64,000 nt of DNA, from positions 1-64,000 of the forward strand of contig JBFXLE010000016.1 in assembly GCA_050173015.1 (NCBI GenBank), given 5' to 3'. Below are positions 1 to 10,300 of the stretch, piece after piece. This DNA comes from Calditrichaceae bacterium (lineage in GTDB: Bacteria; Calditrichota; Calditrichia; Calditrichales; JBFXGD01). Made by a program: the position numbers and the translations under genes. How positions within the stretch are numbered: position 1 is the stretch's first letter; every line of letters begins with the position of its first letter. The notes under the pieces were generated by a model. That model was not told the origin of the DNA. It saw only the letters and a program-made list of their open reading frames with translations, and made no database searches.

Positions 1-248
1 AAACTCGTTATGAGAATCGTTAGAAAAAATTTTTACCCTGCTAAAAACTTATACGCGAGTATAAGCCTTTAGTATTCCCCCTCTGCAACAGCCTGGCATA
101 AGGGAGGGGATCGAGGGGAGGGTCAGTCCTTCATCCCGGACAGAAAATTCGCCCCGAAGAATCCCGCGACACCATAGCTGAATCTTAAGCTCCTCACTCT
201 TTTTTTTTTTGTCTTTTTTCTTTTATCTTTTTTCCTAATTTCACCGGC

Positions 249-366
249 CGCCGGAGGTGACGCGGCTTTGTAGAGCATGGAATCCCGATGTCATTGTTCG
301 ACCCCGACGGGGTCGCGGGATGTCGCGGGGTCCGTTTTTCTACAAAAATGTCATCCCTTCGGGATT
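249..366. repeat. REP/REPIN-like palindromic element, copy 1 (GTAG...CGACCCCGACGGGGTCG...CTAC-ATCCCTTCGGGAT)
   Basis: Three internal hairpins; near-collinear second copy at 16605-16721. Confidence 0.75.
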
Positions 367-410
367 ACAAACTCAATTTTTCGTGGTTAACTGCATTCGG
401 TCCGTCCCTA

Positions 411-506
411 CTCTTAACTCTTAACTCTTTTCTCTTAACGCTCTTAATCTTTTTTCTTAAACTTCCTACTTCCTACTTCTTCCTTCCTACTTCCTTCCCA
501 CTTCCT
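411..506. repeat. Pyrimidine-rich heptamer tandem array (CTTAACT / CTTCCTA units)
   Basis: 7-nt periodicity; 411-445 is the exact reverse complement of 6978-7012; overlaps the stop codon of the dsbD-like gene. Confidence 0.85.
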
Positions 507-2661
507 CAAACGCCTCAAGCAAAATCCCCGGTGTGATCAGCTCCGGCAATAAAACCGGCTCGTTCTCCGCGCCCCCGGGATATAAAACATACAAAGGGAC
601 ACTGTTGCGGCCAAATTGCGCGAGCGCTTTTGTGATTCTCTGATCCCTTGAAGTCCAATCCGCCTTTAGCGCCGTAATATTTAATTCAGAAAACTTATTC
701 TGTACATCCGTCGATGTGAACGTGACTTTCTCATTTACCTGACAGCTCAGGCACCATGCGGCCGTAAAATCAAGAAAGACCGGCTGGCCGGCGTTTACCA
801 GGCTTGTCAGCCGCTCATCTGAAAATGTTTCCCATTGAATACCCTCGGTCTGCCCGGATTGTGTTGTCATTTCCGGCGTTACCGCATAGGAATCCACCCC
901 TTTGAGTGTAAAATACAACGCCCCGATGGTCAGTAAAACGGCTATGACACTCGAAATAATTCTGGTTTTTCCCGGCATGGCCAAATTTCCCCATCGACCA
1001 TAGATCCATCCCGCCATTCCGACTATGAGAAGCGCGCCAAGCACAATGGTCACTGCCGTGGCTCCCGCCTGGATGCCCAGAACCCATAAGAGCCACACGA
1101 CCGTGCCCAGCAGAAGGAATCCCATAAACTCTTTAAGCGATTCCATCCAGCGTCCCGGCTTTGGCACAAATTTTAACAACGCCGGGCTTGAAGCCAGAAC
1201 TACATAAGGCGCGGCCATTCCAAGCCCGAGAGATGTAAATACAGCCATGGATGCCCAAACCGGTTGGGTAAGCGCGAATCCCAGCGCCGATCCCATAAAA
1301 GGCGCCGTACAGGGAGTGGCTACCACGGTGGCGGTAATGCCGCTGACAAATGATCCCAGCCATCCGGCCTTGCCCTGAGATTTTCCTCCAACCGTTGTTA
1401 ATGATGTTCCAATTTCGAAAACCCCAAACATACTGAGACCAAACAGAAACAAGAACACCGAAAGTATGATCAGGAATACAGGGGATTGTAACTGAAATCC
1501 CCATCCGAGCTGTTCACCGCCCGCTCTAAGGATGAGCAACGCGCCGGCGAGTACCCAAAACGTCACCAGAACACCGGCGGTAAAAATCAAGCCGTGCTGA
1601 AAAGACTTTGCCCTTCCTTCCCCGGCCTGCTGTACAAAACCCATGATTTTGATGGATAACACCGGCAGCACACAGGGCATCAGATTTAATATCATTCCGC
1701 CAATGAAGGAAAATAGAATCGCCAGCCAGATACTGCTTAAAGTGGAATTGAATCCGTTACCCGAAACCGGCAGATTGTCACTGATGGCTATATTGATATA
1801 TACCGCTTTTTCTGAATCCTGACCGCGCCATCCTTCTTTTGCCACCATCACGCCTTCAAGCGATTCAGGAAGCTTATCGGCCATCTGTGCCCGCTTTATT
1901 TTCAGCCGGTATGTATCGCCTTGTTTTTGAAGCTCCTGCTCCGCGTTATATTCAATCAGAACCGATTCATATGGGAAGAATTCCATATCGGTCATTTTAC
2001 CATCATACCAGACCGGCGGCTGCGCCTGAATAATGATATTTTCATCGTCAACCGTCGCGGCGAAATTCCATTCGCTGTTGGTCATCGGCAGATCCGCCCG
2101 GGTACGGGCAAAATCTTCAAGCCATTGTTCGTCCGGTTGCGGCGGATCCTTGCTGACCGGCAGTGTCAGGCTGACTTCAGCATCACCCGGGATGCAGACT
2201 TCTTTACATTCAAGCCAGTCCACACGGGCGGAAAGAATCACATCTTTTCCGGGAGTTAAATTTTCCGGAGAATTGATTTTTGTCAGAAGAAGCACTTCGC
2301 CGTGGTATCCATAGCTCACCAGAGGCGGCGTCAATATTTTTTCCGGATAGGGCCATTGTATTTCGCCGGCGGTAAAACCTTCCGGCAATGACCATTCAAT
2401 CGAAGTCGGTAAACCGGAATCACCCGGATTTAACCAGTATGTATGCCAATGCTCATCCATTTTTAGGTTGAGAGCCACCCAAAAAGACTGCCCGGGTTGT
2501 ATTGACAGCACTTCAGAGACTAATTCCGTCTGAACGTGTTTTTCTCCGGAGAACTGAGCGTAAATTTTAGTATTTAACACAAAAACCGAGATCAAAAAGG
2601 TAAGAAGAAGAGTCGGTAAAAATTTCCGGTAATTCAATTCCATCATTTGCCCCATATTCAT
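487..2661 (-). CDS. dsbD: Protein-disulfide reductase, DsbD family (N-terminal Ig-like domain, TM domain, thioredoxin)
   Basis: HWHTYWLNPGDSG and CKEVC in the N-domain; TM LMPCVLP and ATPCTAP; C-terminal DFTAAWCLSC. The start may be a few codons downstream. Confidence 0.9.
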   Translation of the reverse strand: MNMGQMMELNYRKFLPTLLLTFLISVFVLNTKIYAQFSGEKHVQTELVSEVLSIQPGQSFWVALNLKMDEHWHTYWLNPGDSGLPTSIEWSLPEGFTAGEIQWPYPEKILTPPLVSYGYHGEVLLLTKINSPENLTPGKDVILSARVDWLECKEVCIPGDAEVSLTLPVSKDPPQPDEQWLEDFARTRADLPMTNSEWNFAATVDDENIIIQAQPPVWYDGKMTDMEFFPYESVLIEYNAEQELQKQGDTYRLKIKRAQMADKLPESLEGVMVAKEGWRGQDSEKAVYINIAISDNLPVSGNGFNSTLSSIWLAILFSFIGGMILNLMPCVLPVLSIKIMGFVQQAGEGRAKSFQHGLIFTAGVLVTFWVLAGALLILRAGGEQLGWGFQLQSPVFLIILSVFLFLFGLSMFGVFEIGTSLTTVGGKSQGKAGWLGSFVSGITATVVATPCTAPFMGSALGFALTQPVWASMAVFTSLGLGMAAPYVVLASSPALLKFVPKPGRWMESLKEFMGFLLLGTVVWLLWVLGIQAGATAVTIVLGALLIVGMAGWIYGRWGNLAMPGKTRIISSVIAVLLTIGALYFTLKGVDSYAVTPEMTTQSGQTEGIQWETFSDERLTSLVNAGQPVFLDFTAAWCLSCQVNEKVTFTSTDVQNKFSELNITALKADWTSRDQRITKALAQFGRNSVPLYVLYPGGAENEPVLLPELITPGILLEAFEEVGRK

Positions 2662-2916
2662 AAAACAATGACAAGTTAGTATAATTAAATGTTACGGATT
2701 AAACTAAGTTACAAAAAAAATTATCTTAACGTATAACTATTTCGTTCCGGTGGATTGTTCCGTACACGTTGATTTTATCATAAACCGGATCCATCGCTTG
2801 GATGTTAAATCTTCACCGGGTTAATGATTATTCTCACAAAATTGAGATTTTCCCTAACATTTAATAGATTTGTCGATTATTTAATGACATCCTTACGATC
2901 TGACGGGTACATTTGA

Positions 2917-4218
2917 TTGAATAAATCCATTCTGCGGCTTGCCATTCCGAACATCATTAGCAATTTGACCGTCCCTTTACTCGGATCGGTCGATACAGCG
3001 CTTGTCGGCCATCTTTCGCAAGTCTATTATCTGGGAGCCATCGCTGTGGGTGGCATGATTTTCAACTTCATTTACTGGAGCTTTGGATTCCTGAGAATGG
3101 GGACAACCGGACTCACGGCTCAGGCATTCGGCAATGAAAATGTTTCTGAAAGCATCCTGATACTGATCCGCGCGCTGATGGTTTCACTGGCCATCGGATT
3201 AATTCTGATTATACTGCAGCGGCCGATCGCCTGGCTAAGTTTCAATCTCCTCCACGCCACTCCTGAAGTGGAATATCATGCCCGCGTGTACTTTTTTATT
3301 CGTATTTTCGCCGCTCCGGCCACCTTATCGCTGTATTCTCTTCAGGGTTGGTTTTTGGGAATGCAGAATGCAAAACTCCCGCTGATTCTTGCGGTTTTCA
3401 TCAATGTCATGAATATCATATTTGATGTGATATTTATAAAATATTTTGGGATGAATTCAGCGGGCGTAGCATTCGGCACGCTGGTGGCCCAATACTCAGG
3501 GCTGGTTCTGGCTGTTTTTCTTTTTCATAAAAACTACAACCGCCTAACCCAGAAAATCGAGTACTCCCGAATATTGGATCTGACCGCGTTGAAAAAGTTT
3601 TTTTCTGTAAACCGCGATATTTTTATCCGCACGCTTTTTCTAATTTTCACATTCTCCTATTTCACTGCTAAATCGGCTGAATTTGGCGATGACATTCTGG
3701 CCGTCAATACCATACTTCTTCAACTATGGATGATTTTTTCCTACGGTATCGACGGTTTTGCTTTCGCCGCGGAAAGCCTTATCGGCCGCTTTATGGGCTC
3801 GGGCAACAGAGAGCAGCTGCGGTTTGCGGTACGCCGTATTTTCGCGTGGGGTATCGGCATGGGAATAATCTTTATGATGGTCTATCTTTTGTTTGGTAAA
3901 CAAATCATCTCCCTGTTTACAAATAAAATATATCTGGTGGATCTGGCTATGATTTATTTGGGATGGACAATTTTTGCTCCTTTTCTGAATAGTTTTTCGT
4001 ATATTTGGGATGGTATTTATATTGGCGCGACGGCTTCCGCCGCCATGCGTAATTCTATGATGCTCTCCACTTTTCTTGTTTTTTTACCGGTGTGGTTCTT
4101 AACCGGAAATGACATCGGCAATCATGGACTTTGGCTGGCGATGGTTTCATTTATGGTTACGCGGGCAATATCACTGACGTTTATGGCAAAGAGACATATA
4201 TTTGATCAATTGGCTTAA
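2917..4218 (+). CDS. MATE family efflux transporter (DinF-like)
   Basis: LAIPNIISNLTVPLLGSVDTALVGHL and GFLRMGTTGLTAQA motifs; ~12 TM segments. Confidence 0.92.
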   Translation: MNKSILRLAIPNIISNLTVPLLGSVDTALVGHLSQVYYLGAIAVGGMIFNFIYWSFGFLRMGTTGLTAQAFGNENVSESILILIRALMVSLAIGLILIILQRPIAWLSFNLLHATPEVEYHARVYFFIRIFAAPATLSLYSLQGWFLGMQNAKLPLILAVFINVMNIIFDVIFIKYFGMNSAGVAFGTLVAQYSGLVLAVFLFHKNYNRLTQKIEYSRILDLTALKKFFSVNRDIFIRTLFLIFTFSYFTAKSAEFGDDILAVNTILLQLWMIFSYGIDGFAFAAESLIGRFMGSGNREQLRFAVRRIFAWGIGMGIIFMMVYLLFGKQIISLFTNKIYLVDLAMIYLGWTIFAPFLNSFSYIWDGIYIGATASAAMRNSMMLSTFLVFLPVWFLTGNDIGNHGLWLAMVSFMVTRAISLTFMAKRHIFDQLA

Positions 4219-4280
4219 ATTTACAGTTTGATTTGTTTATTCGAACTCAGGCTTATAATCCTCACCGGAGAATCATCTTC

Positions 4281-5099
4281 ATGCGATTTATAAGACGGCA
4301 AATCCTGTTCTATCTGACAATTATAATCTTTTCCCTGTTATCCCGACCTGTTTCCGGACAGATCATCGATGATATGAAAGACGATTTTACTCATTTTCGC
4401 GATATGAGCGGTGAAATCGGGGAAAACATCATTAAACCGGACCGGCATGATATCAACATTTTTTTGATAGGATCCGCTGCCGCCATCATGACCATGCTGA
4501 TCGATGACCCCGTTCGTGACCTGGCACAGAAAAATCAAAATTCATTTCTTGACGGTGTGTTTAAAATAGATGACTATTACGGAAGCAGAAAATATACCCC
4601 TCTCGCGGTGGTAGCGCTCTATGGAAGCGGGCTGATATTGGGAAATACCCAGATGCGGGAGATGGGTTTGCATTCCATCGAAGCATTTACATATACGGCG
4701 ATCATTACCGCCGCTCTCAAGGAAAGTTTTGGCCGGTCTCGCCCTCACCGGGGAGAAGGCCCCTGGCATTACAAACCCTTTGCATTCACGGAATCCAGAA
4801 GAGCTTTTCCATCCGGCCATGCTTCACTTACTTTTGCCATTTCAACGGTCATGGCTCATGAAATAGATCACCCGCTTTGGAAAACCGGCTGGTACGGCGC
4901 CGCCGTTCTTGTCAGTCTGGCCAGAGTTTATCATGATCAGCACTGGGCATCCGATATTCTGGTTGGAGCGCTTATCGGACACGCGGTCGGACGCTTTGTG
5001 TCGAACAAATCCGACGAATGGGATTCGGATAAGACTCAATTCTACCCGGCGCCAACTTCCTCCGGATGGCAATTTCACTTCTCCATTCCATTAAGATGA
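4281..5099 (+). CDS. PAP2 family phosphatase
   Basis: KxxxGRxRP, FPSGH and ARVYHDQHWASD motifs; GGAG at 4267-4270 favours ATG 4281. Confidence 0.88.
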   Translation: MRFIRRQILFYLTIIIFSLLSRPVSGQIIDDMKDDFTHFRDMSGEIGENIIKPDRHDINIFLIGSAAAIMTMLIDDPVRDLAQKNQNSFLDGVFKIDDYYGSRKYTPLAVVALYGSGLILGNTQMREMGLHSIEAFTYTAIITAALKESFGRSRPHRGEGPWHYKPFAFTESRRAFPSGHASLTFAISTVMAHEIDHPLWKTGWYGAAVLVSLARVYHDQHWASDILVGALIGHAVGRFVSNKSDEWDSDKTQFYPAPTSSGWQFHFSIPLR

Positions 5100-5107
5100 A
5101 TTGAATT

Positions 5108-6775
5108 TTAGCGACTCATGCCTGTGACGCGATAATTAAATTCATATCCCAGAGTGCGCGCGAAATCCGTTTCCGCCGCGCTTTTATACCGCGTTCCGTC
5201 CACCGGCCCGACGGGTTTACCATAGCTGTAAAACCAATTGATGATCGGACCGCCACTATAGCTCAGTACAATCCAGTACCGGTCGGGTGTCAATTTCAGA
5301 CGTTCGTGTTCAAACGAGAAATCAACCCATTCATAGCCCGGTTTTGAAGAAAGATAGCGGATATCCACCTGTTTGCTTTTCACCGCGATTTCAGCGGAAG
5401 GCTGTCCATCATTGTCTTCCCTGAGTTCCAGCCATAGTCTCCCTGTACCGCCGAATTTATGCAGGGCGAGACCGATTTCTTTTAAATGTATCTCCCTGTC
5501 CAGTACAAATGTCTGAGCGTACTGCATCTGACTTGTCACATACTCTGCTGTTTCCACAAGGAAGTTTTTTCTTAATTCCATTCCGTTACCGGCGCTCTCA
5601 TGTGATTCCCGGGCAAAGATAAAATTCACCCCTTCCGGAAATTCAAGATTGCCCGTTACAAACGGCTTATCCATCACACCAGACCCGGTGACAACCGGTT
5701 TTGGCGGTTCCGGTTTCGCGGCGATTACGGGCGCGAATTGTGCTTCAACGGACGGCGTCAGCATCATTTTCCTCGGACCCCAGGCTTCCCTCGTCCCGCT
5801 GATATTTACCTGATCCGACTCAAAATTTCCTTCTATTATCTCTTCAAACGCCACCTTGGCGCCCGAACCCTTCAGTCGTGTCCAGCGGATCAAACCGTCA
5901 TTCATCGTTTCTTCATTATCGACTCCAACCTCCACACGGATAAAACGATTGCTGACAAAAAGCTGGGATTGCTGAGGATCAAACGGAACCCATCCCAGAT
6001 CGGGAAAATACACTTCAATCCATGAATGCCTTCCCTGCGCCATATTCAGAGTCAGCTGCTGCCCGCCGACAGTGATATCAAAAGGATCTTTTAATGTAAT
6101 GCCGTTGACAATTCTCGCGGGAATACCCGAAGCGCGCATTAATGCCGCCGCCAGGTGCGAATAATTCTGGCAGTTGCCTTTACCCGAATCAAGAGAATAT
6201 AACGCGTTGTAATCCTCCGGCATCAGCACATAATGCATATGATCGATCACCCAGGACAGGATTTTTTGTACGGCGTCAAATTCAGTTTTCGCCCCCGCAG
6301 TCAATTCCTTGGCCTTGGCCTGAATCCGCGGATCATCGGATGGCGCGAGAGTTGAACTTTTAAGATATACGGACGCGTCCGCGGGGATTGATTTTGGCGG
6401 AAATGGGGCCTGTGTTTTCAGTGTTTGCAGTTCTACCTTATTTTCGGCCCTGAGCGCGATCTCGATTTCAAACGGTCTAAACGGCGGACTCCAGACATAT
6501 TTTATAATACTATTTCCCCGGGCGTCCTTCGAACGCTCCGTTCTCTCCGCAGGGATAGATGGTTTTATTGTCAAATTTGTGATGGTTTGATTATATGTCG
6601 GCGATGTGAAATCAGCCGGTTCGACAAAAGTAATCGTAACGGACTGTGTGCCGTTATCCGGAAAAACCTTTTGAACCATCTTATACTCAATAACTGATTT
6701 TTGGCCGCCGTTCAGTAAATAACTCTCGGCAAAAGAAAGACTAAAGAATAATAATACAAGAATCCATGCTCTCAT
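5108..6775 (-). CDS. Secreted transglutaminase-like protein with an additional C-terminal beta-rich domain
   Basis: Signal peptide from ATG 6775; catalytic-triad motifs GNCQNYS, HSW, FDP; Pro-rich linker before the last domain. Confidence 0.85.
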   Translation of the reverse strand: MRAWILVLLFFSLSFAESYLLNGGQKSVIEYKMVQKVFPDNGTQSVTITFVEPADFTSPTYNQTITNLTIKPSIPAERTERSKDARGNSIIKYVWSPPFRPFEIEIALRAENKVELQTLKTQAPFPPKSIPADASVYLKSSTLAPSDDPRIQAKAKELTAGAKTEFDAVQKILSWVIDHMHYVLMPEDYNALYSLDSGKGNCQNYSHLAAALMRASGIPARIVNGITLKDPFDITVGGQQLTLNMAQGRHSWIEVYFPDLGWVPFDPQQSQLFVSNRFIRVEVGVDNEETMNDGLIRWTRLKGSGAKVAFEEIIEGNFESDQVNISGTREAWGPRKMMLTPSVEAQFAPVIAAKPEPPKPVVTGSGVMDKPFVTGNLEFPEGVNFIFARESHESAGNGMELRKNFLVETAEYVTSQMQYAQTFVLDREIHLKEIGLALHKFGGTGRLWLELREDNDGQPSAEIAVKSKQVDIRYLSSKPGYEWVDFSFEHERLKLTPDRYWIVLSYSGGPIINWFYSYGKPVGPVDGTRYKSAAETDFARTLGYEFNYRVTGMSR

Positions 6776-6837
6776 GACCCACCCCTTTCGGTTTGAGATT
6801 GAATCCCCCGGCAGAATATTTCCGGATTGATTCAAGA

Positions 6838-7012
6838 ATAAAGAAAAAGGATAAAAGATAAAAGAGAAAAGAAAAAAGTAGGAAGTAGGAAGTAGGAAGT
6901 AGGAAGTAGGAAGTTTAAGAAAAAAGATAAAAGAGAAAAGAAAAAAGTAAGGAGTAGGAAGTGGGAAGTAGGAAGTGAAGAGCGTTAAGAGAAAAGAGTT
7001 AAGAGTTAAGAG
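6838..7012. repeat. Purine-rich heptamer tandem array (TAGGAAG x5, GTTAAGA, AAAAGAG/AAAAGAT units)
   Basis: Directly visible 7-nt periodicity; inverted copy of the 411-506 family. Confidence 0.88.
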
Positions 7013-7219
7013 GAGGCAAAACAGAAACTACTCAGGGATAAAATCATAAAAAATATATTTTTATTGATTTTTCTCCGGCAAGAATTTATTATTTCGTCAT
7101 TACTGCTATTTGAAACTACTTCTCATCTACCACCGCTTTGAAATGTTATGTCAGAGCTTATATCACATCCGGAAAAATTCACAAGGGAGCCTAACAAAAA
7201 GGAATGATCTTTTGTGCAA

Positions 7220-7254
7220 TCAGGGTAAAAATAAATAGTTTATTTTTACCCTGA
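7220..7254. promoter_or_regulatory. Perfect 16-bp inverted repeat in the leader of the 7387 gene
   Basis: TCAGGGTAAAAATAAA-TAG-TTTATTTTTACCCTGA. Confidence 0.5.
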
Positions 7255-7386
7255 ATTATTTCAGGATCTACACGCTGCAGAAAACAAGAAATTGATATTT
7301 AGCGACCTAAACCGGACGTCCTGCAGCTGATGAGCTCATACATGTAAAATAAATATCTTCAATCAATCACTTTAAAGGAGAAGGAT

Positions 7387-8778
7387 ATGAGAAGAATGGT
7401 AAAAAATATACTTATATTTACTCCTGTCTTACCGCTTTTCTTCCTATTCATTTTTCTTGTCTTTACCGGCTGTTCAACATTAAGGTCCATATCCGAAAGA
7501 TTCGATAACCGTATGGGTGAGGCTATTCGCGGTATGGATCACGCTATCGCCATTCTGGCTCAGCAATCTGCTGACTGGCAAGTAGTGGTTGCCAACCTGG
7601 AAAAAGAAATAACCAGGGATATACAATCAACCATTCGGGCTGAAATCACCGACTTAACAAGAAACGCTGTGCTTTCCACAGGAGCAGAGGTCCGTTGTAA
7701 CGCCGAATTTATGCGTATAAAAATACGAAGAGAACTTATCGATCTTCGCAATGATCTGGCTATAACCATAAACGCCGCGTTAGGGGGAGATCGGGTGCCC
7801 CTTCTTCCATCAGAACCTGTCAGACCTTTTATCTGTGATATAGTTCCATCTGCCGTTGATATGTCATTAGATGATGAACGCCGTCTAAAAGTGGATATTT
7901 ACGGCTTTGATCTGCGTTCATCTCCAATAAAAGTCAGTTATAAAACCTATGGCTCGTTTAAAGGAAAAACAACCGGTGGAAAAGCTAATTTCTACTCAGT
8001 AATGAACGAACGCTATCAGACCGCTCTTGTCGCGCCGAAATCAACCGGTATTTTAAGGGAAAATATTATAACTAATACTTTTGAACTAAATGATCCCTTT
8101 AGACTTTTTGAACATGACATATCATCAGCCATCTCCATTATAAGTGACTTTCACGCCGTGCTTGATTTGACCGGTTCTGGCGCGAATCTGCCTCCTAATG
8201 TTAAGGAAATATTGCTTAGCTGGGATAATAAAATTCAATGTGAGATTCCCATACTTATTCATGAAAAGGTGCTCGAATGCAGAACCTGGGATTCAACATT
8301 TGTTCTTCAGCCTCTGACGTTTGTTCCAACCGCTGTTGTCAACAGTCCCTATGGTGGAAACCCGGATACCGATTTTCATGGTCATGGCCCCTGTGTTGTA
8401 TTTAGCTTGTTTATAAGTATCGATCCATCCCGCAAGACATTAAACGCGACAGTATTTATGGATGCCTGGGAATGTCCCGATGATTTTTCTAAAATAAAAA
8501 AGGATTATACCCAGGCTATTGAAACCAAAACCTTTCCAATAGCGAAGATTACCGATCCGGATATGATCATGATGGGTTTTAATCTCGAGTCCGAAATTGT
8601 GGACCGATATATTGATAGTAATATAAATCCGGATTTGCGTACTTATAGCAGCGCGGCTCCGGCGTTCAAGATTGAGTTTACCGGGGATACGGATGGAGAT
8701 GAAGCCGGCAGCCGGACCGGAGCGATAATCAGCTTTAATCCGATAAAAATTAAACTTCAAAAATGCGGGTATAAATAA
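7387..8778 (+). CDS. Hypothetical lipoprotein
   Basis: AAGGAG RBS; hydrophobic N-terminus ending in FTGC lipobox; 463-aa ORF, no family recognised. Confidence 0.75.
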   Translation: MRRMVKNILIFTPVLPLFFLFIFLVFTGCSTLRSISERFDNRMGEAIRGMDHAIAILAQQSADWQVVVANLEKEITRDIQSTIRAEITDLTRNAVLSTGAEVRCNAEFMRIKIRRELIDLRNDLAITINAALGGDRVPLLPSEPVRPFICDIVPSAVDMSLDDERRLKVDIYGFDLRSSPIKVSYKTYGSFKGKTTGGKANFYSVMNERYQTALVAPKSTGILRENIITNTFELNDPFRLFEHDISSAISIISDFHAVLDLTGSGANLPPNVKEILLSWDNKIQCEIPILIHEKVLECRTWDSTFVLQPLTFVPTAVVNSPYGGNPDTDFHGHGPCVVFSLFISIDPSRKTLNATVFMDAWECPDDFSKIKKDYTQAIETKTFPIAKITDPDMIMMGFNLESEIVDRYIDSNINPDLRTYSSAAPAFKIEFTGDTDGDEAGSRTGAIISFNPIKIKLQKCGYK

Positions 8779-9028
8779 TAACCATTTTTTTGTGGATATA
8801 TGCTATTTTCCCGCGTTAATATAACCCGGCTATAAAAGATCGACCATTATTTAAGTCGGACGTAAAACTAACGCGGTGTATCAGAAGACCCGGGCTTGTA
8901 TAACCTGCATATGCCAAATCACATTTGGAGCAAGAGTTCCGTTGTATTCGCATTTATAGTCATAAAAGGCGTACCTTTTATTATCCCGGCGAAAGACAAC
9001 TTTTATCGAACATCCGGTTTGCATCAAT

Positions 9029-9448
9029 TTATTTTATCTTCGCCTTGATAGCCATCAGAATTTTTGTCATTTCTAAATCTGATAAACCTTTAATTTCCAC
9101 CGTTACGCCTTTTATTTTCCCGTAATTTTTCCCATTGATAAACTGATCGATGTATTCTTGCTTTAGTTTGCTGCTTTTTAATAAATCTTCAGCTTTATCG
9201 GTAAAATAGAAGGTGGTCTTAAAATGATTCTGATAAACAGAAACCCAGCAAATCGTTTTTTTCTTTTTTGTTACTTTAAAAAGCCAGCTCTTTCCGTCAT
9301 TATAATAACGCCATTCCGTTGAGATTAACGGATCCTCTTTTAATAATTTGATAAATGAATCCCAGGTGCTTTTCACATCTCCGAGATAACGATCCAGAAC
9401 TTCGTCATCCGGAAATTCATTTTTATCTTTTAAACAAGGCTCTTCCAT
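9029..9448 (-). CDS. DUF3788-like protein
   Basis: EWRYYNDGKSWLFKVTKKKKTICWVSV pattern; GGGG RBS. Confidence 0.75.
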   Translation of the reverse strand: MEEPCLKDKNEFPDDEVLDRYLGDVKSTWDSFIKLLKEDPLISTEWRYYNDGKSWLFKVTKKKKTICWVSVYQNHFKTTFYFTDKAEDLLKSSKLKQEYIDQFINGKNYGKIKGVTVEIKGLSDLEMTKILMAIKAKIK

Positions 9449-9588
9449 ATTTTTCCCCTGGATGTATTATGTCTGATTTCACATCATCATTTATTGACAT
9501 AAAAGTTACAATGAACCGCTTAAAAGGCCTGAACAAATATTACTAAACCAAAGTCATGATTCGTGCCGGGTGTCTGCTAAAGTATTTA

Positions 9589-9984
9589 TCAGGCCGTTTG
9601 TCCGACACTGTTGGATATATTCTTATGATTCAGCCATCCAAATCCCGCGAAGAGGACAAGCCATACGCCGGTTCGGATAGACATGGCGCGGAGGCTGTCA
9701 GCGGCAATCGCGTATCCATTTGTACTAAGGAAGTAAATGACGATAAGCGCGACGAGATTGAGCGCGAAGATGGCAGCGGCCAAATACATCCCTTGTTTGA
9801 GGTTCCGCCAGGCGATGACGCTTGTTGTCACATAGATAATTCCCATGATGGCGTTATAGATTAGCAGCGGTTTAAAAACGACATACCCGGGATCTGCACC
9901 AAGAAGTGTACGGGTACCCACAAATATTGTCATCAGACCATAAAGAGCCGCTATCAGTATCAATACGATTTTGGTAATCTTCAT
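9589..9984 (-). CDS. Hypothetical membrane protein (4 TM)
   Basis: AAGGA RBS; four hydrophobic segments. Confidence 0.75.
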   Translation of the reverse strand: MKITKIVLILIAALYGLMTIFVGTRTLLGADPGYVVFKPLLIYNAIMGIIYVTTSVIAWRNLKQGMYLAAAIFALNLVALIVIYFLSTNGYAIAADSLRAMSIRTGVWLVLFAGFGWLNHKNISNSVGQTA

Positions 9985-10300
9985 ACAATAATTTTCCTTT
10001 TCAGTTTTGTTTTCAATAAAAGACCTAACCTAAAAATGAGCTGACATCTATATAAAACAAACTCAACTGTATCCGTGTATTTAACACATGAAGCAAAACA
10101 TAAGGGTTGCAAAAATATCGATATCATTATAAACAAACAAAATGAAAGATTCAAGTGCCTATGATCGCTGGTGAACCGGACGACAGAAACTCTATAATGT
10201 GACTAAAACAAGCAACCTTTTAAGACGCCTTCATATTATCCGTGCGGTCTTGCCATAATTGTTAGCTATTGACTTATTCATAAATATTATTAATATATAA

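Noticed and set aside
288-536. 82-aa ORF on the + strand
   Set aside because: It is a translation of REP-like and heptamer repeats (LLTL, LPTS) and overlaps the dsbD end antisense.
7327-7345. Hammerhead ribozyme core (CTGATGAG)
   Set aside because: No stem II followed by GAAA and no flanking helices could be built.
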